Shown: positions 21,539 through 35,268 of the stretch, one piece after another
Layout of the letters: each line of letters opens with the position of its first letter
Numbering within the stretch: the first letter of the stretch is position 1
DNA from: Stylophora pistillata
Taxonomy: Eukaryota
Direction of reading: 5' to 3'
Length of the DNA stretch: 64,000 nt
NCBI RefSeq assembly: GCF_002571385.2
Contig: NW_019217787.1
Location: forward strand, 505,791 to 569,790
Program-made: the position numbers and the translations under genes
Notes under the pieces: generated by a model
What the model saw: only the letters and a program-made list of their open reading frames with translations
What the model was told of the DNA's origin: nothing
The model's database searches: none

Positions 21539-24500
21539 TCATTCACCTACCGTCTCCTGTGAATTTGTCACGTCTCCGGTTGCTTCTTCTGATGGCATGT
21601 TTGTTTCTATTCCGCCTGGATACAGTGGTAACATACCATCCTGTAACAAACCAATTGGAAATTAACCACATCGTTTGTATCGTACTCCACAATCGTGGGC
21701 GTAAAAGCTCTCCATGTTTCATTAAAAAAGTGAACACAGTACTGAATCAAGCGGGGCTCAAAACGAAAAACCGAAAAAAAATCTTCTCGCGTGAAAACTA
21801 AACTTTGTCACTAGGCTTTCTAATTTAGAGTTCTCATATAGCTTCGCGTATCAATAATTTTTTGGTGAAAAAAAAAAAAAACAGCTTCGCTAACTTCGTG
21901 GGTAACAAGCCCATCGAGACCAGATGGAAGCATATCAGTTCCTAATAAATAATCAGTAATTATAAATAAATAATTTAGCAATGGACATTCCACTGGGTGG
22001 CTCCTCCTTGTCCACTGTTTCTAGATCGAATTGGAATTTGGAATGTTGGTTTTTGCGGAGGGAGGAAAACCGGAGAACCCGGAGAAAAACCCTCGGAGCA
22101 AGGACTACTTAAATACGAGCGATATGAGATCTATTAGTCGGTTTATTCTCTTTGTTGTTATATACAAAGTGTCTGTTCTGACGTTACCTTTTTATTCATT
22201 TCCATCTCAGCCATGACTCTGTCAACGCACGCATTCATATAAACAAACTGCAAAATAACAACAACAAAGACATTACGAAAAGAGCCGGTTATGGCCAACT
22301 AACGTAACTTGAAAAAACAAGGTAAGGCGGTGCACAGTCCTACTTCTCACTGTTCCCCGCCATGACCCTCGGACACTCGGTCTCGATCACATGGACTTGT
22401 CCCCAGTGCACTTATTGAAGAGCGAGTCAATCGGCTGGGACGATGGTTGGCCCCCGTCACTCAGATAGTCACCATTCATGTCGACCTTGGCTAAGGCGAC
22501 ATTGATTTGAGATAGCCTTGGCCTTTAAAATTTTCCGAACGACCATACGTGCTCGATACGTTGAACGATGTCGGACTTCTTCTCAATGATTAGATCACAA
22601 AATTTACTTCTTAATTAGAAACGAGTCAATTGTTGATGAGGCTTTCGCGCCACGAAATGGACAGAGTGGGCTGATTTCATATTGTTTTGTTTCTTAGGTT
22701 GAGATTACTTCATGGGTTTCAGTTAAAACACATATCTACGACCATTGTACTTCTCATCAAATCTTTTTTTCAGAACGTTCTCAGAGGTCGTCGCACTCGC
22801 TCACTCTGTCAGGATATTTCATTCAGTTGGCTGGTCATTCATTCAAAAACATAAAATGTCTACTAACATATGTGGAATATATTTTAACCCATCTTGGCTT
22901 TTTGTCGCCTTTTTTGTACTCAAAACAAAATGCCATTGCTTCTCTATCAGCCTCCCACTGTGTCAGCTCCTCCCAGTTGAATGTGTGCTCCTGCTCCTGT
23001 TAAAACAAGAAAGCCAACCAACTCATTTACCATTTCAATAAAAATGATAAAATAAAAAATAAAGGGGATTTAGCAGTGGACATTCCACGAGGTGGCTCTC
23101 CTTGTCCACTGTTTCCAGGTCGAATTAGAATTTATAACATTGGTTTCTTCGTCGAGGGAGGAAAACCGGAGGACCCAGAGAAAAACCCTCAGAGCATGAA
23201 CGAGAACCAAAAACAATCTCAACCCTCATGTGACGCCAGCAGGTCCGCGAATCGAACTCGGATCGCAGTGGTGGAAAGCGAGCGCTCTCACCGCTGTGCC
23301 ACCCCTGCTTACTCCCATTTTCACCTTGCTTGTTTGAAAATAAAGCAGTTCGTGATGTCAAGACAAACGCAATAATAGACAAAGAATGACTCACTTCAAA
23401 AACAATTCTTGAAGCATTCTGTAATCATATTGTTTTGCCGTTTGTAAATGCCACCACGAAAAATGCAGACATCACAGAAAACGGGCGAGAGACACTGGTA
23501 TGTATGTGTATAGCGTCAACATTTTCGAATAAAAACAAAGGACTATACTGACCTCTTTTTCACCCTCGCTGGAACACGCTCGTAGTCGGAAAGAGTTTAA
23601 ACTTATGGATACGATCACATGACCACTTTTTCTCGCATCGCAACCACAGTGAGGAAAAACAACAGTTGCATACCCATCTAACGTTCTTGCAACATCAAGA
23701 TACTGCAATTATTAAAAAAGAAAAAGAAAAAAAAGGTCCAAATTGTGTATGTGTGTCCAGTACAAATTGAAATGAATGTTAAAAACGGAATCGAGCGTGA
23801 AAAGATCGGATCCAAATGAGAGAACCATGTTTTGAACAAGCTCAGGAAGAACATTGAAAACCAACTGAGTGAAATACTCCAGCCAGTGGCTGAAAAGAAC
23901 AAAGACATAGTTGAGATTCCTCTTTCATATGGGCTCAATCTTCAACCCAATTAAACTTTCCGGTAATCTCCAAAAAACCATACTAGACTGTTTTACGATT
24001 TTTCTTAAGACAATAATATCGTGTGTCTCGAAGATATATTACAACATTGCACATGTTTGGTCGACACAGAGTGTTTTGTGCGCAAATACACCATGGAATC
24101 TCTTACCTCTTTCTTTTTATTTGCTGCCTTCAGGTCTTTAAGCTTTTGGAGGTTTTTTCCAGGGGACAGTTTCCGTGTTCTTAAGTCACTAACGGCCTGC
24201 ATGTGTTTTAAAATGACAACACAAGTGGTATAAAGAGATATTTACACAAAATAAGTTATTCATAAAATCATCTTTGCAGTGCTACAAATATCTCAGACTT
24301 TGGGATGGTTGTTTGGGACACTGGCACTCCCTTGCACTTTCTCAATGGTAAAACATGATGATCAAAAACATTGCAGGTCAAGGGTTGAACTTAATTTTCC
24401 ACATAGTTTGATCTTAAATACCCTAACACAGAACAACAAGGTTTTTCAAAAAGCTAATTGAGTATCATTCTTCTACAATGTGGCTGGAGACTCTGGTTTC

Positions 24501-27500
24501 ATTGCTTTGGCCAGTACACCGTAAAAATTATAAACCCAAGCTAGTTTATTGATGAAAAGATACAAGACTTAAAATAGGCAGCTAAGGGTCTATTTCAGTT
24601 CAAAAGAACTATGCATAAAGGACATAACATAGAAAAAGGGAAAAAATAAAGTTAATATATCTTTCTCCGGTGAAGAAAAAGGAATACCTGGGTATATAGG
24701 AGATTTACTGCACTCTCGTCATTGTTCATCTGCACCTCCTGTTGAATTACACAACAAATAAATAAAATGCTTTACTTTCAAATCCTCAGCACCACGTTTC
24801 CTTGAAGACTTTGAAATTCTACTCACTTTTACTAACAAATGTCCTGGTGTTTGTGTGCCCCCTTCCTATAAATGTACCTTTGAATCCTCTTCACCCATTA
24901 AACTAGATGTAATGTAAAGGTCACGTAAATCACCCTCCTTTGGCCAAGATACAGACTGAATGAAAAACATTAAGTCGCTTTTTGTTTTCAACTTAGTGAG
25001 GAAAATTGAGAAACAATATAAGTTAAATGCCCTCTTCTATGGGTAAAAGCTAAAACAAAACAAAAATGACTTTGTTTTTTTTTTTTTTTTCCATTCAATT
25101 GGTGGGAACTAATGCACAAAGATTCATAGGACCACTTCTTTCCAGTACCTTACTGTAATGACTGAGGCACTCACTCATGAAACAGTGAATAGTCTTTCTC
25201 TCTTCTCAATTACTGATAGCACTGGTCTACATCTTGACGACCAGGCTTAACATTAGGTATAACATTAGCACACAAACCCTTGCTAAGGTAAATATCCACT
25301 TTCGAAATGCAAGACAGGTTGTAGATGATGCAGTATAACTCTTGATATATAAGTTGTGAGGGAACTCATTCTGTTCAAGTTTGCGTTCTAAAATCAGAAA
25401 AAAAAAATAAGCCAATTGAGAAACACCATGCAGAGAGAGTTTGGTGTTAATAAAATTGTAAAATTTAAAGTAAAAAGCAAAATATTATGCCTCTTTTGTA
25501 AAGAGAAGAATGGCAGATCTAGAGCCAGAAACAACCCAAAGCCTTTAAGCCTTTACCTCCCATGAGTGACCAAGACANNNNNNNNNNNNNNNNNNNNNNN
25601 NNNNNNNNNNNNNNNNNNNNNNNNNNNNNNNNNNNNNNNNNNNNNNNNNNNNNNNNNNNNNNNNNNNNNNNNNNNNNNNNNNNNNNNNNNNNNNNNNNNN
25701 NNNNNNNNNNNNNNNNNNNNNNNNNNNNNNNNNNNNNNNNNNNNNNNNNNNNNNNNNNNNNNNNNNNNNNNNNNNNNNNNNNNNNNNNNNNNNNNNNNNN
25801 NNNNNNNNNNNNNNNNNNNNNNNNNNNNNNNNNNNNNNNNNNNNNNNNNNNNNNNNNNNNNNNNNNNNNNNNNNNNNNNNNNNNNNNNNNNNNNNNNNAG
25901 TGAATAGTCTTTCTCTCTTCACAATTACTGATAGCATTGGTCTACATCTTACTGTAATGACTGAGGCACTCACTCATGAAACAGTGAATAGTCTTTCTCT
26001 CTTCACAATTACTGATAGCATTGGTCTACATCTTACTGTAATGACTGAGGCACTCACTCATGAAACAGTGAATAGTCTTTCTCTCTTCTCAATTACTGAT
26101 AGCACTGGTCTACATCTTGACGACCAGGCTTAACATTAGGTATAACATTAGCACACAAACCCTTGCTAAGGTAAATATCCACTTTCGAAATGCAAGACAG
26201 GTTGTAGATGATGCAGTATAACTCTTGATATATAAGTTGTGAGGGAACTCATTCTGTTCAAGTTTGCGTTCTAAAATCAGAAAAAAAAAATAAGCCAATT
26301 GAGAAACACCATGCAGAGAGAGTTTGGTGTTAATAAAATTGTAAAATTTAAAGTAAAAAGCAAAATATTATGCCTCTTTTGTAAAGAGAAGAATGGCAGA
26401 TCTAGAGCCAGAAACAACCCAAAGCCTTTAAGCCTTTAACTCCCATGAGTGACCAAGACAGAATTTCTCCTTACAGTGATGACAATAAAGAAAAATATCA
26501 ATTAGGATTTAACAGTTGATCTGATACCAAATTCTCCAAACTAACATTATGGCTAAATTCTCCAAATTACAATTATGGCTCCCATCGTCAAAACTTTACC
26601 ATCATATATTAAAGACAGCCAACACACTCTTCAAATTTTTCGAGACTTTAATTTCCTCGGCCAAAACAAACTTCACCATGGATATTATGTCTCTTTACAC
26701 TGTCATTCCTAATGGCGAAGGCCGTCTGGCCCTTAAAATCTTTTTTGATCAACGTACTGTTAAGGAACCAAAATCTGAAACACTACTACGCTTAGCCGAA
26801 CTGGTGCTCACACTCAATTGTTTTTCATTCGGAAATAACTTCTTCAAACAAACCAATGGTGTAGCCATGGGCACCAAAATGGGACCTAGCTAAGCCAATC
26901 TTTTTGTAGGTTTTGTCGAACAACAATTTTTCAGCCAATACAACGGCTCCAAACCTGAACTCTACGGTCGCTACATCGACGACTGTATCGGTGCTACCTC
27001 CTCTACCAGAGAGGAGCTCACTCAATTCATATCCGCAGTCAATTTTTTTCACCCGGCTCTGAAATATACCTGGGAAATTTCTGACAATTCTTTATCCTTT
27101 TTAGACATCAAAGTTTCAATTGAAGGCAACGGTTTATGCACTAGTGTGTATTACAAGCCTACAGAATCGCATAATTACTTGTTATATTCGTCTTTGCATA
27201 TTAAGTTAAGAATTCCAATCCTTTTTCTCAGTTTCTAAGACTTCGTCGTTTATGTAGTGATGACTCTGATTTCCACCACAAATCAGAGTCAATGTGCCAG
27301 TTTTTCAATAACCGTGGTTACCCTGTTTCTGTCGTTCAAGCGGATTACCACCGCGCCCAACTTATTGATCGACATTCAACACTACAAACGTCGCATAAGG
27401 AAGATTCCGACCGCATTCCATTCACTCTCACGTTTCACCCTCACAACCACTCAGTTAAATCCATCATTCTTAAAACCTTTTTTTACTTCAAAACGATCCA

Positions 27501-30500
27501 GAGACAAGCACTATCTTTTCGCAGCCTCCGCTCAAGTTCATTCAAACGCGACAAAAACATAGGCAAATTTTTGGTCAGAAGTTCTTCTCAGACTAATGAC
27601 CAACCAGGCACTTTTAAATGCGCTCGTGCACAATGCAAAACGTGTCCTTTCATTCACAAAACTGTTAAAATATTGGGACCTAAACGATCCAATAAGATCG
27701 CCGATCACTTCACGTGCACCTCCGCCAATGTAATCTATTGCATAACTTGCACTTATTGTAAAACGATATACATCGGCGAAACAGGAAGAAGACTAGGTGA
27801 CCGATTCCGAGAACACCTTCGAGACGTGGAAAGGAAAGGAATGACAAGGACACATCGAAACCAGTCACTAGACACTTTAATTTACCTAATCATTCTAAGC
27901 AACATATGGCAATCTGCGGTCTTTCCTTACACTAAGATAGCACGGAAAGCCGTAAAACTCTTGAACAAAAGCTCATCTTTCAAACCGGCAGTCTAAATCC
28001 CACAGGGATCAACGAACGCTTTTCATTCCACTAATTTACTCGTGTTTTTCTCGTTGCCATGTTCCCACCAATAACGTAGCTCCATTTTCTGCCTTTAAAA
28101 GCACACACAACCCACAATTCCCCTATTCGGTCCGACGAAGGGCTAACCTGATAGTTGAAACCAAAAGTTTGCTTTCCGGTTGCGGTTTCAAATTTTCTGT
28201 ATTTTTTTTGCCGGCAAAGTTGAAAACTTTGCCCAAGTGCGACCCATACCTAACGCTCGAAACATCAGCTTTTGTAATCGTTACGGTGGCCAATTTACCA
28301 TTTCAACTTTGTTGATATATCCAAATTATAACATCATAAGAATTGTATGGCAGAAAGTAAGCAGAATTACTAATGAGATCTTGGGAGAGAAAGGGTTAAG
28401 GCAAAATCAAAATTAAACACTTACACAAGCTGAGCCTAGCTACTCAGGGAATATTAGCACTAATGCAGACTCAGCAATTGTGAAAACCTATACCTTTGAA
28501 TATAACTCAGGATTGGCAATGATCCAAGCAATAAATGACAGCTAGTGATCAGACAAGCCACAGGTGGCCCAAGCTCTCTTTGAAAACCACACAAGGAACA
28601 CAATTTGCTATCGATTTATAAGGATTTGTATGGGATTTTCTACAAGATATCCATAAAGGATAGTTAAAAGTGAAAATATTAAATAAAAATGGCTTACCTT
28701 ATTCCATACGTGTGTTGCTTGCTCCTGGTGTCGTTTTTTCACCTATTTCACTTGATTTAAGCGGTTTTTTTAATCCTGGTTTTCTTCTCTTTAAGAAGAG
28801 AAATCCAGGATTAAAAAAAAAAACCGCTTAAATCAAGTAAAATCGGTAAAATAACGACACCAGGAGCAAGCAACACACGTATGGAATAAGGTAAGCCATT
28901 TTTATTTAATATTTTCACTTTTAACAATCTCTATATGGATATCTTGTAGAAAATCCCATACAAATCCTTATCAATCGATATGCAAATTGTGTTCCTTGTG
29001 TGGTTCTCAAAGAGAGCTTGGGCCGCCTGTGAACAAGCTAGTCCAAAATACCCACTAAAAACCCTTAATGGTAATTAACAAGAAGCACAACATACTTCAC
29101 TTACCAAAACCATCCTCACCAATCTCAAAGAGTGCAAAGTTTGAGATGCTACCTTCAACCAAGTTTAGCTTTTCTGTCATGGCCTTCCATTAACATAATA
29201 TCAAATCAAATCAAGTCACATAATGTCTAGTTTATAATTTGGATTTGCCCATTTTTGAGTCTTGTATAACAAGAAGGCCCTGGTGAATGGTAAAAAATCC
29301 AAAATTTGCAAGATACTGAGACTTCTGTTTAAAAATGCGAGACAGAAGTCAAACAATTTCATCTTTAGCTCTCCTTACTAAAGCTTTTGTTTCCCTTAGA
29401 TTGTTGTTAGGAACTATTAATAACCAAAAATACTTATTTCCTCTTCATAATCAAAATAGGATGTGCCACATCCCTCCTTTTTGTATGTGATTTTACACTT
29501 TTTGTCAACATAAATCGGTACACATTACTGTTGCTCACAACAATATCTTAAAGTTAGACAAACTACCTCTCACCCTTGGCTTCAATAGTAAATCCATGAA
29601 TTTGAAAGCATGCATACACTGCATTTGTGTAAAGTACTGTGCATGAATGTTCTCCACTGCTCACCTGATATACTTGAACTGTTTTGTGACATTTCAAAAC
29701 AGTCACAGTTGTAATGGACTCATCTGGTAAAAATACTCTCAACTCAACTTTCATTGAACCATCTTCCTCTTCTTTCTCTTGCTAAAATACAACATTGGAA
29801 GAGAAAATGAATAGAGACCCTCTGTTCTAATTCTCAACAAACCTGTACTCATATGAAAAACTGAGAAAGTGGCTTGTTGGGCTAACATTAATTCCATCCT
29901 GTCTAGGTGTTAAAAATGGTTTAGCATGTAGGAGAGCTATGTGGCTCACAGATACCATCATAGGTTATCTCCACTTCCATAGCAGGAACAAGAAAGAACC
30001 AGCTAGGAGTATGGCTACCGGTCTGTGTGGGATGCTGGTCTGTCAAAGGTTACCCATTTAAACTCCTGGGTGGAGAGGTTCTCTGCTAGAGTACAGAGCC
30101 TTGTCCAAGAAAACAAAAAATACAAAGACAAATACTACTTTACAACATTACTTCAAGTATACTAAAAAATTTAATAAAATAAAGGTAATCTTATTCAAAG
30201 CCATCTCTAGGTAGAATCTGCCTGAAAAAGAAACAACAAAATACCTGAAGTTGGTTTTCTGAAGATTTAAGAAATTCTACCATGGCATCTGACTCTCCAA
30301 TAACTTTAACTGAATTAACTGTTAAGAGAGTATAAAAATTACTTTTCAGTCCAAAATTTTCAGGGCAGATTGAAAATTTTCAGGGTAGCTTAATTCTTGT
30401 TTGCATTATTTCTAACAATTATTAATAGTCTATATCAAATGACCATAAGACTGGTTTGAATTTTTTGGCTCTCATCTATAAGTTTTAACTAAACCTTCCT

Positions 30501-33500
30501 CTTTACTAGGCCCTAGTACTCAATGAGACTCCTCCCTCCCTGACAGGACCTTATTACACCCTGTGGGGTGGTGTGGAGAGTTAAAGGAACATTTTGAAAC
30601 AAGCTGATAGTGAAGCAGTCTTTAATTCAATACAAGAAAAAAAATTCAAAATTTTGGCTTGATATCATCTTAAATCTTTAGGGGTGCTTCCAGAAAATGC
30701 CTCTTGTGTGGGTTTGCTTTTTCAGACACCTCAGAGAAACTAATATCATTGTTACTGGAAGACTACTAAGCAATAGAATCGCATCATTGAATAAAATTTC
30801 ACATCCTGATTGGTTAACGAAGTGAGGTATTTAGCTTGGAATGGTGAGTTGAAAATGAGGCTAGGTGATATTGTTTCGCATCTACATAAACATGACAACT
30901 AAAGGTGATGCTGTTTTTTTTTCTTATTTTGATTCAATTATGTCATTCATGGAAAATCCATTACTTGACTCATGAATTCCACGTTAAATTGCACTTGAAA
31001 ACTGATATTGGACTCATCACTTTGCAACTTGTGCAATGTCGGTTTTTGCATGCCATTTAATTTGCAATTTCCTAACCAAGTAGTGAATTTTCCTAGAGAA
31101 TCTGAAAGTACCAGTATTTTTGTTTTGGTAGACTGTACCTGGTGTGCAGTGTGCAGAAGAAACGCAAAATTGCTTCCAGTATTCATATAAAACAATACAT
31201 TCACTGTAATCTCAGTTCTACTTTACATGACAGAGTGAATAATTACAAATTTATGAGCTTATAAAGCACATTTTATTTAAAAAACTGCTGGTCTAACCTT
31301 GATCAAAATAGAATTCCAGAGCTTTTCTACGGGTCTCTATTTGCTGATCAGATAAGTGAAATGGCCACTTTCCAGGAAACTTTGGAAACTGGAAATCTCT
31401 AAACTCCTTTTTAAGCTGAGAGCAAAGACAACAAAAGCCTCAGATTATATCAAACTATATTAAGATAAAAGATAATTTAATCAATTAGGCACAATAAATA
31501 TTAATTTAAAGATTAGCAGTAATTATCACTATACACCAATATGACTCTGTGTATCATTACCATGAGAGCAAAAGTAGATGTAATTCTACACTCAGGCCAA
31601 GTGGCCCATCTACCCAAAGCTTATCTTGGTTTCTGTTGCATGAAACAGGTATGAATATTAATACTCCCCCCAGGATGTGATGCTAGACCATTGCACATTA
31701 CCTCCCTGAGAGTGAAGACTACACACATTTTCTAGGCCCAGTTGTCCACAGGCCAGTTATTACTAGCCCGGGATTAAGTTTAGAACTGAGTTGCCTTATT
31801 TCTTTGTTCAAAAATTTCTTCAGTCTATTATTTTTAGGACAAGCAAGCATCAAATTGTAGACTAAAAGAACTCCACTTAATTTTCTTTAAAAACTTTCAG
31901 ATCTGAGATCAGATTTCATACTAACCCTTACTACTTGACCCAGCTTTGAACAACCTGGCTCAGGGTGATAAAAGGTACCAGCTTCAAATTTGACAGTTGG
32001 CCACAAATGGGTCCCTAAATCAACTCCTAGGGAACACTTCTCTGCTATATTTAGCAAATAATTCAATTACAAAATCTTTATCTCTTTACCTGGCTGTGCA
32101 AGTTTGAAAATTCTTTGTATCTCCTGGAACAAATATGCTTGTCTCCATAATAGATATTATATACCTATAAGAAGGATATTCTTTCACCACAAATAGATAA
32201 ATATAATTATAATCATTAGAGTTACTGCAGCTTCAATTTATCTTTTTATGTAGTTGACTGAATTATCTTTCCTTGGAAAGCCATTATTGCAAATGACTAC
32301 TTTAAGAACAATTATCAACATATTGCTGACATGACACATGTATGTAATGGCACCAATGCAAGGGTAGTGAAGGGGGAGAGAGTGTCCTCATCCCACTTCA
32401 CCTCTGAATTCTAGAAAACATCCTGCCTCACAAAGGAAAAATGTCTCCTATTTCTTCTTGTGTACAAGGTTTCATGGAAATCTTCAGGTTTTCACTTAAT
32501 AAAAGGAAAAAATTCACGGGTCAAGTAGAGTGCATATTTCAGGAGGCAAATGACACCACACACTGGTTCATTCATAAATCATGCTCACCTTTCCCCAAAT
32601 ACTAATTTTAGCCCTAATCATATTTCACATATAAAAACCCTTTGATACCCACAAATGGAAGAGCACGACTACAAGATGTTGCATTAATATTTGTGCAGCT
32701 GGTTATTTGGTGAAGTAAAAAAAACTTTCTTGGCAGGTTAGTTGCCTTCATCCTATAACTACAAGATGACATTGTGATTTAGATTTATTGTGATTTTGAA
32801 AAGAGATCTCATTGACATAACAACTCAACTGAGAAATAATACTGTATCATGCAAAAAAACACATTTTAACAATTCTTACCACAAATGTTTCACCATTACT
32901 AACAACTTGTCTTGTCTCAGGAATTGATAATGGTACAGCTCTCTTGTCTGAGTAATCATAATATTCCCCACCTGATGAGCTCTCACTATCAAATTTCTCA
33001 GCTTCGTTTTGGCTGACAGATATCACGACTAAGGTCAGTTTATCTCCACCTTTCTTTATCAGGTTCACTACATGTTTGTGAGTAGCACCCTCCACATTTT
33101 CACCATTCCTGTTAAGAACAAAATCATCACTACATCAATATTATGGCATATTCACTACATTAACCATGAATCCCCCTAATATAGGTACTTAAATTCCCTG
33201 CACTGTTCTCTTTACATCTCATTTGTTACTGACAAGAAAAATTTTTCATGACCATCAGGAGCTTATAAAACTGGTTTGATAGTCTCCTTTGTTCTTGTGC
33301 CCATAACCTTTGATCCAAGGGATATTTGGTAAGGACAAACTAGAAACTAGTCACTCTTAAGAGTTCAAGGATTAAGAAGTTGAGATTCTAACTAATAAGA
33401 ATTACTGTTAAATAGTGTGAAATATTTCCTCAAAAAGAGATCTTCTATCCCTTTGGCCGCAGCAAGGTCCAAGAATCACCTAACCCCAACTCATTAAATA

Positions 33501-35268
33501 TTTCTTAAATACTAATGAACTGCTTTCACATGTGGTTTACAAAATACCTTGTTTACCATGCCATGGATAGGAAAATGTAAAGCAGCCTCATATCAGATTG
33601 ATGATTTCCACCCCTTCAACAGCTATAAGTATATTATAGGGAATAGCCAAAAGCATTCTTTCATGATTTTACACCCATCTGCATTTATAGCTTTGATTAA
33701 CACTCCAATTTATTTGTTTTGATTCCAGGACCATACAACTCAAAATCCAATTTTTTTCTCACTCAAAGTATACAACTTTGAATAGTTTCCCAATAACACT
33801 TGAAGGAAAGAAGTTTCCAGCAATCTGGAAAAGTCCTTCTTGAAAAGATGTAACTTTCAAACACTGAACTTTGTACATGTAGAATCTACATCTTATCACC
33901 AACACATAAAATGCACCATGAGTGAAGTGTGACTTTACATGTGACCACAGTGATTACTACCCTTTCAAAAACATTCATGGTACTGTCATAAACTGCATGG
34001 GTATTAGGTATATATTGACAGAGGTTTCAGTAACTTTTTCCAAAAGTTGCTTTGTATGGTATAATGGGCCTGGAAAGGGCCACAAGGCAAAACCCAAACA
34101 CACGAGCTTGGTCAAAGCTAAACAGACTGTGGTCAAAGGTCTTGTAGGCAGTGGTTGACCACCATTTAACCTAGCTTTTATCGAAACCCCTGGCACTGAT
34201 GGAAAATCTAGCTCCTAAACCATACAGATTAATACTGATGAAAACAAGTCAGGCTCCTAAAAGCTAGATCAAGGAGGCAAAGCGGATTAATGTCCATCAA
34301 TATTAAGACTTACAAACTTGACTATAATATTTAACAGTTTGTAAAAATAAAATCCTATCCTCTGAGTCTGTGTAAGCAAAAATGATCATGAACAGATACG
34401 TGTGTTTCATGACTTAAGTACTAAGAGGAATAAAGAAATGACTTGTTTTATTCGAATTTTCTTATTTAAAACAACAAATTCCTTATTAAGCTAAAGATGT
34501 TTTCTTCACCTTGGTTTACTGACTTCAAATTTGGATTATTAAAAACACATATTAAGTTCGAGTGGCACCACTGCGCTGTAACATTAAGACTTCTCACTTA
34601 GGAGAAAGGAATCAAACCAAATCAGAGGTTAAAACTTAAATAAACACTTGTCAAATGAAAACATGATTGCAAGTAGAAACAAAAAACTATTTTTCTACCG
34701 GAAAAATCTCAATAAGCAACGGTAGGTTTCGAGAATGTTGGCACAGACTACTAGTTGCGCCATAACTCCATGTCAAGCAAAATATTCTCGTAACTTTCTT
34801 CGACTAGGGAAGAAATATGAGAAAATAAAAAATCGGCTGGTGAATGATCACAAGAGGAAGTATTAACAGCTGGCAACGATCAGTTTGATGATAATTATTG
34901 CAGAGAAGTACGTTTATTTCCATCAACCACGCAGCACCAATGTTGCAACTATCCACTGTCCCCTAATTAAAAGAATCCGTGCAAAATAATTAGAATCACA
35001 CACAAAGTAAGTCGTGTATGTTTACGTACACTTCAAGGATTCGATCACCAATCCTGACACCTCCACTGTGAGCAGGGCCACTTTCCAATACAGCGCTTAC
35101 ATGCTGCAACGGTGCATACAATTCTCCATTTATTGACCTCAGCTGCCCCCCTTCTGATACCTGGCCACGAACATTAAATCCAAATCCATTTTCTCCTCGG
35201 CACAGTTCAATTAATCTGGGTCCATAAGGATCAGCTTGACGAGCATCAGCTTCTTCGTCATCCGCCAT
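21539..35268 (-). CDS. SNX27: Sorting nexin-27 (PDZ-PX-FERM-like), 14 coding exons
   Basis: Exons: 35268-35030 (MADDEE...[34 protein letters not shown], the SNX27 PDZ), 33108-32880, 32164-32090 (SRRYKEF, PX), 31415-31298 (FPGKWPF), 30318-30245, 29781-29665 (VELRVFLPD), 29183-29105, 26270-26161 (also duplicated at 25387-25278), 24738-24688, 24196-24107, 23702-23553 ([10 protein letters not shown]), 22996-22868 (KPRWVKIY), 22247-22188, 21640-21539 (stop). All GT-AG. Confidence 0.95.
21960..22105 (-). mobile_element. tRNA-derived SINE, partial copy
   Basis: Reverse complement of the core and 3' part of the SINE at 6162-6378 (GGAGGAAAACCGGAGAACCCGGAGAAAAACC). Confidence 0.75.
23040..23310 (-). 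mobile_element. tRNA-derived SINE, near full length
   Basis: Reverse-complement copy with tRNA-like head (GCAGGGGTGGCACAGCGGTGAGAGCGCTCGC...GAGTTCGATT) and the same core. Confidence 0.8.
25149..26460. repeat. 429-bp direct duplication flanking an assembly gap, plus 84-bp tandem repeat
   Basis: 25149-25577 matches 26032-26460 (one mismatch seen). N run at 25578-25898. The 84-bp unit CTTACTGTAATGACTGAGGC...GGTCTACAT occurs ~2.6 times at 25899-26115 and once in the left copy. Confidence 0.9.
26580..28325 (+). mobile_element. Penelope-like retroelement (RT + GIY-YIG endonuclease), degenerate, antisense in an SNX27 intron
   Basis: RT motifs [23 protein letters not shown] and RYIDD. Cys-rich linker [10 protein letters not shown], then [32 protein letters not shown]. 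Stops and frameshifts are present. The 3' region carries a hammerhead-like motif. Confidence 0.92.
28559..29031. mobile_element. Fold-back (almost fully palindromic) MITE, 473 bp
   Basis: Termini CACAGGTGGCCCAAGCTCTC and GAGAGCTTGGGCCGCCTGTG. Arms are complementary almost to the centre (~28793). Flanks GACAAGC/AACAAGC are a possible 7-bp TSD. A half copy lies at 52512-52736. Confidence 0.88.

Noticed and set aside
25545-26133. ORFs containing X runs and the repeated ETVNSLSLF peptide
   Set aside because: Artefacts of the N gap and the intronic 84-bp repeat.
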